DNA from: an uncultured Spirochaetaceae bacterium | Lineage (GTDB): Bacteria > Spirochaetota > Spirochaetia > DSM-27196 > PWMO01 | NCBI GenBank assembly: GCA_964635245.1 | Contig: CAZWNS010000006.1 | Coordinates: forward strand, 1 to 57,888 | Direction of reading: 5' to 3' | Length of the DNA stretch: 57,888 nt | Part shown: positions 1 to 9,094 of the stretch, piece by piece | Layout: the number at the start of each line of letters is the position of its first letter | Numbering within the stretch: position 1 is the first letter of the stretch | Notes under the pieces: model-generated | Told to the model about the DNA's origin: nothing | The model's database searches: none | The model's input: only the letters and a program-made list of their open reading frames with translations | Made by a program: the position numbers and the translations under genes

Positions 1-863
1 CCGGGATAGACGAAGTTGAGGTGTTCCCTCGCGATCTCGATGCGCGAGAGCAGGTGCTCGGGACTGGTCGCCCGGGTGGTATAGTTGTACGTCGGGTAGT
101 AGGCCGACATGTGGAGGGGAATGTTGCGATCGAGACCGGCGATGAACTTCGCGATTTCGCGGGTCTCCTCGTCTGAGTCGTTCTTGCCCGGAATGACGAG
201 AGTGGTGATCTCCACGTGGCAGCGCTCCGAAGCGATCTCTATCCCGCGAAGCACCTCTCTGAGGCCGCCGCGAAGCTCCTTTCGATAGAACTCCTCCTGA
301 AACCCTTTGAGATCGATGTTGGCGGCGTCCATGGCACCGTAGATCTCCCTCGCGGAGTCTTCATTGAGATACCCTGCAGTAACGATCACGTTCTTGAGGC
401 CCGCCCTCGCCGCGCGCTCGGCCGAGTCGAGAACGTACTCGGCGTGAATGGCGGGCTCGTTGTAGGTGTAGGCGATGCCGAAGGAGGACTCGCGCTGTGC
501 GAGGGAGACGAGATCATCCGGGGAGACGTACTCGGTATGGGCCACCGTCGACTGGGAAATGCGGTAATTCTGGCAGAACGGGCAGCGCATGAAACAGCCG
601 AGAAATCCGACCGAAAGAATGGGCTTGCCGGGATGGAAGTGAAAGAGCGGTTTTTTCTCGATGGGGTCCATCCCGAGAGCGCTCGCGGCGCCGTAGAAGG
701 GGAGGGCGAGCTCGCCGCCCTCGTTCTTTCGAACCCGGCAGAATCCGAGCTTTCCGTCCGCGATGACGCAGTTGTGAGGACACAGCCGGCAGCGAAGCGT
801 GCCGTCGTCCCGTTTCTCGTAGAATCGGGCGTGCGGGATTACGGGTGTGCTCGAATCAGACAT
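1..863 (-). CDS. AmmeMemoRadiSam-system radical SAM enzyme (PflA-like activase family); 3' end runs off the window
   Basis: Absent from the ORF track because it is open at the window edge. My minus-strand translation from the ATG (complement of 863-861) reads MSDSSTPVIPHARFYEKRDDGTLRCRLCPHNCVI..DPIEKKPLFHFHPG..GCFMRCPFCQNYRIS (CxxxCxxC triad)..TLVIPGKNDS. The frame stays open to position 1. Confidence 0.8.
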   Translation of the reverse strand, partial: MSDSSTPVIPHARFYEKRDDGTLRCRLCPHNCVIADGKLGFCRVRKNEGGELALPFYGAASALGMDPIEKKPLFHFHPGKPILSVGFLGCFMRCPFCQNYRISQSTVAHTEYVSPDDLVSLAQRESSFGIAYTYNEPAIHAEYVLDSAERAARAGLKNVIVTAGYLNEDSAREIYGAMDAANIDLKGFQEEFYRKELRGGLREVLRGIEIASERCHVEITTLVIPGKNDSDEETREIAKFIAGLDRNIPLHMSAYYPTYNYTTRATSPEHLLSRIEIAREHLNFVYP

Positions 864-953
864 AGACCTATCTAGAAAGTACTGCCTGCGAACGGCACTG
901 TGAAGCGGTGCCTCCGAGGTGAGCAGCCGCCGACGGTACGGCTCCCGGTCGGC

Positions 954-1685
954 TCAGGAGCTCGCGTGCTCGATGGCGCGCTCGGTGTGACTCTCGAGGT
1001 ATGCCGAGATGCGCCGGCGCGCCTCCTCGTCGATGTCCTGGAACGTGAGGCCGAGGCTCTCGGTATTGCGCACGACGGTGCAGTGTACGGTGAGGTGGTC
1101 CTCGCCCACCCGCAGAGAGCAGGAGGTCAGCAGGGTACCGTTGTCGAGGTCCTGCACGAGCTCCGGGCGATGCGGCGTGAAACGGATACCGGTGGTCGAG
1201 ATGTCCTCGACGGTTCCCGGGATGAGTCGCAGACGCCGGGGGTGGGAAAACAGGAAATCGATGTCGTCGAGCTCATCGGGGGTGTGCCGGTAATCCCCGC
1301 GGCTCTCGTCGAGGCGCTTGTAGCGGGTAATGATGTCCCGGAGCCGATTGAGGTCCTGCCGACTCTGAAGGGAAGCGTCAATGACGGCGTTCACGCCGAG
1401 ATGCTGAGCTTTGGAAGCCTCCTCCGCGTCGAACGAATCGCTCGCGAGCAGGACGAAGATGATGCGATCGCGCGCGTAGCTGTTCCTGAGGAACATCAGG
1501 AAGGTCTTCCAGTGGCGGGGAAAGTCCACCGCACTGAAGATCACCACATCCGGGGCGACCTCGTCGAGGTTGTCCATCCCCTTCAGGGGACTCCAGTACT
1601 GGATGATTTCCACCTGGTGGGGCCGGAACTCGCGCGCGATGCGATCCTGCAGCTCGTCGGACTCCGTTATCAGTAGTAGCTTCAT
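954..1685 (-). CDS. Receiver-like (pseudo-receiver) plus PilZ-domain protein
   Basis: Trimmed from ORF 954..2027 to the internal ATG at 1685 (MKLLLITESDEL..). The N-terminus has a CheY-like alternation but no clean phospho-acceptor context (DVVIFSAVDFP). The C-terminus carries RGDYR about 27 aa before DISTTG, matching the PilZ RxxxR / DxSxxG pair. Its start overlaps the upstream stop (ATGA). Confidence 0.7.
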   Translation of the reverse strand: MKLLLITESDELQDRIAREFRPHQVEIIQYWSPLKGMDNLDEVAPDVVIFSAVDFPRHWKTFLMFLRNSYARDRIIFVLLASDSFDAEEASKAQHLGVNAVIDASLQSRQDLNRLRDIITRYKRLDESRGDYRHTPDELDDIDFLFSHPRRLRLIPGTVEDISTTGIRFTPHRPELVQDLDNGTLLTSCSLRVGEDHLTVHCTVVRNTESLGLTFQDIDEEARRRISAYLESHTERAIEHASS

Positions 1686-2626
1686 TCGGTTCCCACGTTT
1701 GTTACGTTGTAGTCGTCGATCTCCCAGTAGCTGTTTTCGCGTTGCAGGAAATAGGTGTATTCCTTGATCTCGGTGAACGTGTCGTACCGGAATCGCAGCA
1801 GCGCCACCACTTGAGCCTCGGTCGGCGTATAGGTGGTGCGGACGATTTCGTAATCGTCGGGCACGACGTTGATGGTGTCCTCGACGGTCTGCTGCTGCAG
1901 TTGCTCGCGGAACTCCTGCACTTCCCGCCGACGGTCCTCCTCGGAAAGGCGAAGGTAGCGGCGCTCGCGTGCCGGGTTCGCCCGCAGGATGCTTTCGACG
2001 TCGAGATAGAGAAGGAACCGGTTCCACTGACCCCGCTGCCGCGCGGTCAGCATGTAGTCGACGATCTCATCGGGCGGCATATCCACGCGCCGCAGCACTT
2101 CGCCGGTCTCCGCGTCCACGGCCGCCTCGACCGCGTCCGTCCCGGTGGCCGGAGGCCGCACCGAGAGCATCAGGCGGTCCGAGTCGATGGAATCCGCTTC
2201 GTCGCTTGTGACGAGGTCGGGAAAGAAGCGCGCGCGTACGACGTACATACCGGCGCCGGGAATATCCACGTAGTCGGCAACGTTTTCGGTAAATGCGTAT
2301 TCCTCTCCCGGGGCGAGCGTGACTTCCCGGTAGAATACCTGTTGATTGGAGGCACGTTCCCTGCTAAATTCCTCGGAAGCATCGAGTTGCGTGTTCGCAA
2401 GGGTGCGCACGTCGAAATTGATGTTGAACATGCGGTTTTCGGCCAGCCGAAAGCGGTAGGTCTCGGGTGACTCGTTCTTGATCATCATCTTGACGATGAT
2501 GTCGTCACCGGGAAAGTAGATCGACTTGTCGTAATACCTGATGGAAAGATCCGCCGTCTGGGCGAATCCGGCCGTACTTCCCGCGAACAGAATCATGCTT
2601 GCAAGGATGAGCAATTTGGTCTTCAC
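1682..2626 (-). CDS. Secreted hypothetical protein (signal peptide KTKLLILASMILFAGSTAGFAQ)
   Basis: ORF 1682..2686. I prefer the GTG at 2626 because GGAG lies 8 nt upstream of it, and a TTACAA-16-TATCAT promoter would sit inside the longer version. No family recognised. Confidence 0.6.
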   Translation of the reverse strand: MKTKLLILASMILFAGSTAGFAQTADLSIRYYDKSIYFPGDDIIVKMMIKNESPETYRFRLAENRMFNINFDVRTLANTQLDASEEFSRERASNQQVFYREVTLAPGEEYAFTENVADYVDIPGAGMYVVRARFFPDLVTSDEADSIDSDRLMLSVRPPATGTDAVEAAVDAETGEVLRRVDMPPDEIVDYMLTARQRGQWNRFLLYLDVESILRANPARERRYLRLSEEDRRREVQEFREQLQQQTVEDTINVVPDDYEIVRTTYTPTEAQVVALLRFRYDTFTEIKEYTYFLQRENSYWEIDDYNVTNVGTE

Positions 2627-2640
2627 AGACGCATCTCCAG

Positions 2641-2700
2641 CTCCGTTTATTACATTTTCGGAATAATACATGATAACATTATTCACAGAGCTTGTAACAT
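2641..2700. promoter_or_regulatory. AT-rich divergent promoter region with a 7-bp inverted repeat GAATAAT-N10-ATTATTC (2661-2684)
   Basis: This is the only strongly AT-rich stretch between the divergent genes. Minus-strand TTACAA (2692-2697) and TATCAT (2670-2675) are separated by 16 nt. The inverted repeat overlaps the -10 element and the mfd ATG. Confidence 0.4.
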
Positions 2701-5700
2701 CCCGGCTCAGGAGCTACGGGCCTTTCAAGACGCTTGCCCACCGGTTTCGCGGCCGCAGTTTCCCCATCGACGTCGTGGGCCCGAAAGGCAGCCTCCTTGC
2801 CGTCGTTCTCGCGCGACTATTCGAACAGAGCCATCATCCTCTTCTGGTAACGGTCCCCACCGAGCAGGAGGCTCGCCATCTCGAGCACGACCTCGAGCTT
2901 CTTGGTGCGACGGTGGCTCCCTTTCCCTGGTGGCAGACCGTTGCCTACCGGCCCACCCCACACAATTCCGAGATCTTCGGCCGCAGGGCGCGCGCGTTGG
3001 GCGACCTCCTTGCCGGCCGGCGTGCGGTGCACGTGGTGCCGCTTCGCGCCCTCGCTACGCCGGTGCCGCCTCCGAAGTACCTTCGGGCGCTGCTGTTCAC
3101 GGTGAAGCGGGGCTCGGGTTTCGACCCCGTCGAGCTTGCCGACCGCCTCGAGCGCTACGGCTACACCCGGGTGCCGCGGGTGTCGGTTCACGGCGAGTAC
3201 GCGCTTCGCGGCGAGGTGCTCGACATCTTTCTCGCCGGCCACGAGGAGCCGGTTCGCATTGTCTTTGCGTTCGACGAGGTGGAACGGATCACCTTCTTCG
3301 ACCCCCTCACCCAGAGCTCGAGCACGAAGGTCGACGAGGTCGATATCATCCCGATGCGAGAGGTGGTGTGGGACGAGGAGCGTATCGCGGTTCTCGAGCG
3401 GCGGCTCAGCGAGCTCCCCGAGGCGCCGGAGGGGGGCGGGTCGGTCCCCGATGAGCTTCGCGAGCACGGGCGCATCGTCGGAGAGGAGCTATACTACCCG
3501 CTGGCCTTCGACGAGCCGGCGGCGGTCACCGACTATCTTGCGGAGTACGGCGTAGTGGTCTACGCCGACTACGAGCGTCTTGTCTCGGGTTCGGATGCCC
3601 TCGAGCGGGAGTACGACGGCCTCTATCGCAAGGCGAGACGGGAAGGAAACCCGCCGCGCCCGGAACGCATCCTGTTCGGCTTCGAGACCCTCGAGGCACG
3701 CCGCAGCGCCGCAATTCGATTCCACGTCCTGCAGGAACGCTCCGACGGTGCGGACGCGGTGTTCTCCTATGCGCCGCCGCGGTCGTTTTTCGGGAACGTG
3801 GACTTCCTCAAGGAGGAGCTCTCCGGGCTCGAAGAGGCGGGCTACGACATCTTCGTGTTCGCCGACACCGAGAGTCAGGCGAAGCGGATCTCCCACATGC
3901 TCGAGGGAACGAGCGCCCGGGTGCTCCCCCACGCCATTTCCCAAGGATTCAGCTCGGGTGATCTGAAGATCTGCGTCATCGAGGAGAACGAGATCTTCGG
4001 GCGGCGCAAGCGGACTCCCCGCTCGGTGAAGCGGGTACAGAGCCGCGAAATCGATACGTTCGTCGAGCTCAGCCCCGGCGACTACGTCGTACACGTGAAC
4101 TACGGCATCGGCCGCTTCAAGGGCATACAGCGCATGCGTGCCGCCGGCAACGAGCGCGACTACATTCAGCTCGAGTACGCGGGCGAGGAGTCGGTGTTTA
4201 TTCCCCTCGAGCAGGTCAACCTCGTGCAGCGCTACATCGGGCACGGCGGGGAAAGTCCGCGGCTGGACCGCCTCGGCGGCAAGTCCTGGGAGAATCGAAA
4301 GAGCAAAGTCAAGCAGAGCGTCGAGGATCTTGCCGAGCGGCTCGTGAAGCTCTACTCCAAACGACAGAAGGCGAGGGGGTTCGCCTTCAACGAGGACACC
4401 GAGTGGCAGATGGATTTCGAGGCATCGTTTCCCTACGAGGAGACCGAGGATCAGCTTCGCTGTATCGAGGAGGTCAAGCGGGACATGGAACGGCCGGTTC
4501 CCATGGACCGCATGATCTGCGGCGATGTCGGCTACGGAAAGACCGAGGTGGCCATGCGCGCGGCGTTCAAGGCGGTGACGGCCGGCAAGCAGGTGGCCTT
4601 TCTCGCCCCGACGACCATTCTCGCCGAGCAGCACTACGAGACCATCACCGAGCGCACGGAGCGGTTTCCCGTACAGACCGCCATGCTCTCGCGCTTCGTT
4701 CCCCCGAAGAAGCAGAAGGCCACGGTCGATCTGCTCGATAGAGGCGAGGTCGACATACTCGTCGGCACGCACCGTATACTGCAGAAGGACGTCAGCTTCC
4801 GCAACCTCGGTCTCATCATCATCGACGAGGAGCAGCGTTTCGGCGTCAAGGACAAGGAGCGCCTCAAGGAGCTCAAAGCGTCGGTAGACTCGCTGACCCT
4901 CACCGCAACGCCGATTCCGCGCACCCTGCACATGTCACTCTTGAAAATCCGCGATATGTCGGTGCTCAACACCCCGCCGCACAACCGACGTCCCATCGAG
5001 ACGTTCATCGAGGAGTTCTCCGAGGAGCAGGTCGCCGAGGCGGTCCGCCGCGAGGTCTCCCGCGGGGGCCAGGTGTACTACCTCCACAATCGCGTGGAAA
5101 CGCTCGACCACGTCAAGCTGTTCCTCCAGCGCCTGCTGCCGGAGGTAATGATCGAGACCGCCCACGGGAAGATGAGCTCGACCGATCTCGAGGACATCAT
5201 GCATCGTTTTGTCCACGGCGGCTTCCACGTGCTGGTATCCACCACCATCATCGAAAACGGTATCGACATACCCAACGTCAACACCATCATCATCGACCGG
5301 GCGGATATGTACGGTATCTCCCAGCTCTACCAGCTGCGTGGACGGGTAGGGCGCTCCGAGCGGCTCGCCTACGCCTATCTCTTCTATCCGGAGAAGCGCG
5401 CGCTCTCGGAGCTTGCGATGAAACGGCTGCAGGTCATCTCCGACTTCACCGAGCTCGGCTCCGGATTCAAGATCGCGCTCAAGGACCTCGAGGTGCGCGG
5501 AGCGGGGAATCTGCTCGGTCGCGAGCAGTCGGGAGACATACTCTCGGTCGGCTTCGACATGTACCTCAAGCTGCTCGACGAGGCGATCCGCGAGCTCGAG
5601 GACAGCGAGGAGGAAGGACCGCCCGAGCCCTACCTCGAGCTCGAGTACACCGGCTACATCCCGGACACCTACATCGACGAGCCGGTGGAGAAAATGGAAG

Positions 5701-6062
5701 TCTACAAGAAGATCGCGGCGGTCGGCACCGAGGAGGAGCTCGAGTCGGTGCAGGGTGAGCTCGAGGACCGCTTCGGACCGCTGCCCGATGAGGTGCACAG
5801 CCTGCTGTCCCTCGCCGAGATTCGCATCATCTGCAGGAAGCTCTACGTCTCGAGTCTCAAGGAACGAAAGGGAAACGTGGAAATCGAGTTTTCGAAGCTC
5901 GCCCTGGTCTCACCGGACCGCGTTCTCGAGCTCATCCGTGCCGGCGGCGGCAAGGTGCGGCTCGATCCGAACCGGCCGCAGGTACTGCGCATGGAGACAG
6001 GCTCGGTCGGCCTCAAGGAAAAGTCGGAGTTCATCAGAAGCAAACTTTCGTCGCTTCTCTAA
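2670..6062 (+). CDS. mfd: Transcription-repair coupling factor Mfd
   Basis: 1130 aa. It has a CarD/TRCF RNAP-interaction segment (VVHVNYGIGRF), the helicase motifs GDVGYGKTEVA, DEEQRFG and TATPIPRT, and a TRG/D7-like C-terminus. Confidence 0.95.
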   Translation: MITLFTELVTSRLRSYGPFKTLAHRFRGRSFPIDVVGPKGSLLAVVLARLFEQSHHPLLVTVPTEQEARHLEHDLELLGATVAPFPWWQTVAYRPTPHNSEIFGRRARALGDLLAGRRAVHVVPLRALATPVPPPKYLRALLFTVKRGSGFDPVELADRLERYGYTRVPRVSVHGEYALRGEVLDIFLAGHEEPVRIVFAFDEVERITFFDPLTQSSSTKVDEVDIIPMREVVWDEERIAVLERRLSELPEAPEGGGSVPDELREHGRIVGEELYYPLAFDEPAAVTDYLAEYGVVVYADYERLVSGSDALEREYDGLYRKARREGNPPRPERILFGFETLEARRSAAIRFHVLQERSDGADAVFSYAPPRSFFGNVDFLKEELSGLEEAGYDIFVFADTESQAKRISHMLEGTSARVLPHAISQGFSSGDLKICVIEENEIFGRRKRTPRSVKRVQSREIDTFVELSPGDYVVHVNYGIGRFKGIQRMRAAGNERDYIQLEYAGEESVFIPLEQVNLVQRYIGHGGESPRLDRLGGKSWENRKSKVKQSVEDLAERLVKLYSKRQKARGFAFNEDTEWQMDFEASFPYEETEDQLRCIEEVKRDMERPVPMDRMICGDVGYGKTEVAMRAAFKAVTAGKQVAFLAPTTILAEQHYETITERTERFPVQTAMLSRFVPPKKQKATVDLLDRGEVDILVGTHRILQKDVSFRNLGLIIIDEEQRFGVKDKERLKELKASVDSLTLTATPIPRTLHMSLLKIRDMSVLNTPPHNRRPIETFIEEFSEEQVAEAVRREVSRGGQVYYLHNRVETLDHVKLFLQRLLPEVMIETAHGKMSSTDLEDIMHRFVHGGFHVLVSTTIIENGIDIPNVNTIIIDRADMYGISQLYQLRGRVGRSERLAYAYLFYPEKRALSELAMKRLQVISDFTELGSGFKIALKDLEVRGAGNLLGREQSGDILSVGFDMYLKLLDEAIRELEDSEEEGPPEPYLELEYTGYIPDTYIDEPVEKMEVYKKIAAVGTEEELESVQGELEDRFGPLPDEVHSLLSLAEIRIICRKLYVSSLKERKGNVEIEFSKLALVSPDRVLELIRAGGGKVRLDPNRPQVLRMETGSVGLKEKSEFIRSKLSSLL

Positions 6063-6104
6063 CAGTGGTACAATACGGTGCGCCGTCACCGGTACATATT
6101 GCCT

Positions 6105-8360
6105 ATGCAGAAGAACAACATTGACCTGATATGGAGCGTAGCCGAGCTCGCGAGCCTTTTCGGAAAGGAAACCAGCCTCGAGGACTTTCTCTCCGACGTT
6201 GTCGGCCTCATTGCGACGCATATGCAGGCCGACGCCTGTTCCATCTTCCTCTACGATGAGAACGCCGATACGCTGGTTCTGCGCGCCACCCGCGGGCTCA
6301 ACAAAGAGTCGGTGGGCAGCCTCAAGCTGAACCTCGGTGAGGGCATTACCGGCACCGCGCTCAAGGAGCTTCGCCCGATTCGCGAGGGGCGCTCCAAGGA
6401 CAGCCCCTACTACATGGCGGTGCCCAACATAAACGAGGAGCGCTACGAGTCGATGCTCGCCGTTCCGATCAAGCGGGGGCTGACGCGGATCGGCGCGATG
6501 GTGCTGCACCACGGGAAGCCCGACTACTTCGATATGCAGGACACGCGCGCAATTCAGGCAATCGCGTCTCAGCTTGCCGCCACCCTCGAGAACGTGGAGA
6601 TCCTCATGGAGATCCACGGCGAGCGTACCGCCCGCGCGACGGCTGCGCAACTGCCCGCGGGCACGGTCATCCAGGGCAAGCCGGTGTCGACCGGGCTCAG
6701 CGCGGGTAAGGCGGTGAGCTTCGGGCGCCGTGATGCCCGGTTCCGGCTCTTCGAGCACGAGCACGAGTTCGGCGATGAGGGGCTGAGCCGCTTCCGCCGG
6801 GCGCTGAAGCTCTCCCAGGAACAACTCGAGGCTCTGCAGATCGAGGTGGAGGATGAGTATTCCGACGTCGCCTCCCTGATTTTCAGCTCTCACCTTCTCA
6901 TGATGCGCGACGAGGAGTTCGTCGGGCGCATGCAGCGCGAAATCGAGAACGGGCTGCACCCGGAGCCCGCAGTGGTCAAGGTGGTGAATGAATATGTAGA
7001 CATATTCACAGGCAGTGACAATGCACGACTCCGGGAAAAGACCCAGGATGTGAAGGATCTCGGCCATCGCATCATCCGCAACCTCAGCGGCGCGCAGGAG
7101 GAGGCGGGCGACTACCGTCATCAGATCGTCATTGCCTCGGAGCTCTTTCCCTCGGAGCTTCTGAGGATTGCGGCGCAGCACGCCGAGGGTGTCATTCTCA
7201 TGGACGGCGGTATGACCGCTCACATCTCCATCCTCGCGCGCAGCTTCGGGCTGCCGGTGGTGCTCACGCGCGACGAGCGAATATTCCAGCTGCCGGAGGA
7301 AACACAGCTCATTGTCGATGCCCATCAGGGCACCATCTACGTTTCGCCCGACGAGGAGGTGCAGGAGGCATTCGCCGCGAATCTGCGCGCCCGGGGCGAA
7401 CCGGTGGATGCCGACGCGCTGCCCGCGGAGACGTTCACGCGGGACGGTGTCCGTATAGAGATACAGGCCAACATCAACATCTCTCACGATGTGAAGACCG
7501 CGCGGCGGTACAAGGCGGAGAGTATCGGGCTCTACCGCAGCGAGTTTCCCTTCCTCGTGCGCAACGACTTCCCCGGGGAAGATGAGCAGTACCGCATCTA
7601 CCGCCGGGTCATCGGTACGATGGGAAAGCGTGATGCGGTGCTTCGCACGCTCGATATCGGCGGCGACAAGCTGCTCGCGCAGCCGGAGCTTGCCGAGCCC
7701 AACCCGTTTCTCGGCTTTCGGGGCATCCGCTTTTCACTGGGAAACGAAGATCTGTTCCGCGACCAGCTGCGTGCGATGCTGCGCGCGGGTCGTGGCGTTA
7801 CCCTGAAGATCCTGCTGCCGCTGGTCTCTTCGGTGGACGAGTTTCTTGCCTCCCGGGAGATTCTCGATCGCTGCCTTTCCGACCTCGCCGCGGAGGGAGT
7901 GCCCCACAACGAGGAGCCGCTGCTCGGTGCGATGGTGGAGTTGCCGGCGGCCGTCGAGGCGATCGAGGGACTGTGCCGCCACGCGGATTTTCTTTCGGTC
8001 GGCACCAACGACCTGGTGATGTACATGCTTGCGGTGGACCGAACGAACGAACGGATCGGGTTCATGTACAAGGACCACCACCCCGCGGTGCTCCGGGTGC
8101 TCGAGCGGATCGTGCGAACCGCCGCGGAGTATGATACCCCCGTGTCGATATGCGGAGACGCGGCCGCCGATCCGGCAATGCTCGATTTCCTGCTCGGGGT
8201 CGGGTTTCGGCTGTTGAGCGTTGAGCCGGCGCAGGTGCCGAAGTTGAAGCGGGCCGTCACCGAGAAATCGGTCGCAGACGCGCAGCGCGTGGCTCGAACC
8301 CTGCTCGGGATGGAGACGCTCGCCGAGGTCGAATCGTTCATGCACGGATCGCGAGGATAA
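6105..8360 (+). CDS. ptsP: GAF-domain phosphoenolpyruvate-protein phosphotransferase (EI-Ntr, PtsP-like)
   Basis: An N-terminal GAF-like region is followed by PEP-utilising enzyme motifs (GGMTAHISILARSFGLPVV, LDIGGDK, SVGTNDL). The start is either the ATG at 6105 or the GTG at 6078. A TGgTACAAT extended -10 lies at 6066-6074. Confidence 0.85.
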   Translation: MQKNNIDLIWSVAELASLFGKETSLEDFLSDVVGLIATHMQADACSIFLYDENADTLVLRATRGLNKESVGSLKLNLGEGITGTALKELRPIREGRSKDSPYYMAVPNINEERYESMLAVPIKRGLTRIGAMVLHHGKPDYFDMQDTRAIQAIASQLAATLENVEILMEIHGERTARATAAQLPAGTVIQGKPVSTGLSAGKAVSFGRRDARFRLFEHEHEFGDEGLSRFRRALKLSQEQLEALQIEVEDEYSDVASLIFSSHLLMMRDEEFVGRMQREIENGLHPEPAVVKVVNEYVDIFTGSDNARLREKTQDVKDLGHRIIRNLSGAQEEAGDYRHQIVIASELFPSELLRIAAQHAEGVILMDGGMTAHISILARSFGLPVVLTRDERIFQLPEETQLIVDAHQGTIYVSPDEEVQEAFAANLRARGEPVDADALPAETFTRDGVRIEIQANINISHDVKTARRYKAESIGLYRSEFPFLVRNDFPGEDEQYRIYRRVIGTMGKRDAVLRTLDIGGDKLLAQPELAEPNPFLGFRGIRFSLGNEDLFRDQLRAMLRAGRGVTLKILLPLVSSVDEFLASREILDRCLSDLAAEGVPHNEEPLLGAMVELPAAVEAIEGLCRHADFLSVGTNDLVMYMLAVDRTNERIGFMYKDHHPAVLRVLERIVRTAAEYDTPVSICGDAAADPAMLDFLLGVGFRLLSVEPAQVPKLKRAVTEKSVADAQRVARTLLGMETLAEVESFMHGSRG

Positions 8361-8363
8361 CCC

Positions 8364-9065
8364 ATGCCCCATGAGGATGGCCGGGCACCGGGTGAGGTGC
8401 GCACCTACGTCATTCGCAACACCAATATGAGCCCCCAGCGACGGGAGGCCTATCGCAGGCTGGCTCCGCGCTATTGCATTCCCTATTCACCCTCTTTCCG
8501 CGATGTCCGCCATGACTTCGAGCGGCCCGAGGCGCCCCTGATTCTCGAAATCGGATTCGGGATGGGGTACGCGACGGTGGAGCTCGCCCGGCGACATCCG
8601 GAGGTGAACTACCTCGGCATTGAGGTCCATAAACCGGGCGTCGCGCGGGTGCTGCGCCAGATCGAAAAGCGGGAAATCGCGAACCTGCGCCTCGTTCACC
8701 ACGACGCGATCGAGGTGATCAGGGACATGATCGGCGATGAGACCTTCGAGGGCTGCCACATCTTCTTCCCCGATCCCTGGCCGAAAAAGAGGCACCACAA
8801 GCGACGCCTCGTCCAGCCCGCCTTTCCGCCGTTTCTCGCCCGCGTGCTGCGGGCGGGGGCGTACGTGTATCTGGTGACCGACTGGGAGGACTATGCGCAT
8901 CAGATGCTCGCCGTCTTCGAAGGGGCCGGGGAGTTCGAGAATCGCTATGAAGGATTCGCACCGCGACAGCCCTGGCGGCCGCGTACGCCGTTCGAGGAGA
9001 AAGGGCTCGCGAGGGACCACCGGATTTACGAACTGTACTTCACCAAGACCGCGGCGGTAGTGTAG
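8364..9065 (+). CDS. trmB: tRNA (guanine-N7)-methyltransferase
   Basis: 233 aa. Motifs LEIGFGMG, YLGIEVH, FFPDPWPKKRHHKRR and TDWEDY are typical of TrmB. Confidence 0.9.
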   Translation: MPHEDGRAPGEVRTYVIRNTNMSPQRREAYRRLAPRYCIPYSPSFRDVRHDFERPEAPLILEIGFGMGYATVELARRHPEVNYLGIEVHKPGVARVLRQIEKREIANLRLVHHDAIEVIRDMIGDETFEGCHIFFPDPWPKKRHHKRRLVQPAFPPFLARVLRAGAYVYLVTDWEDYAHQMLAVFEGAGEFENRYEGFAPRQPWRPRTPFEEKGLARDHRIYELYFTKTAAVV

Positions 9066-9094
9066 CCTGACCCAAACTCGGACGAGGGGTCACC

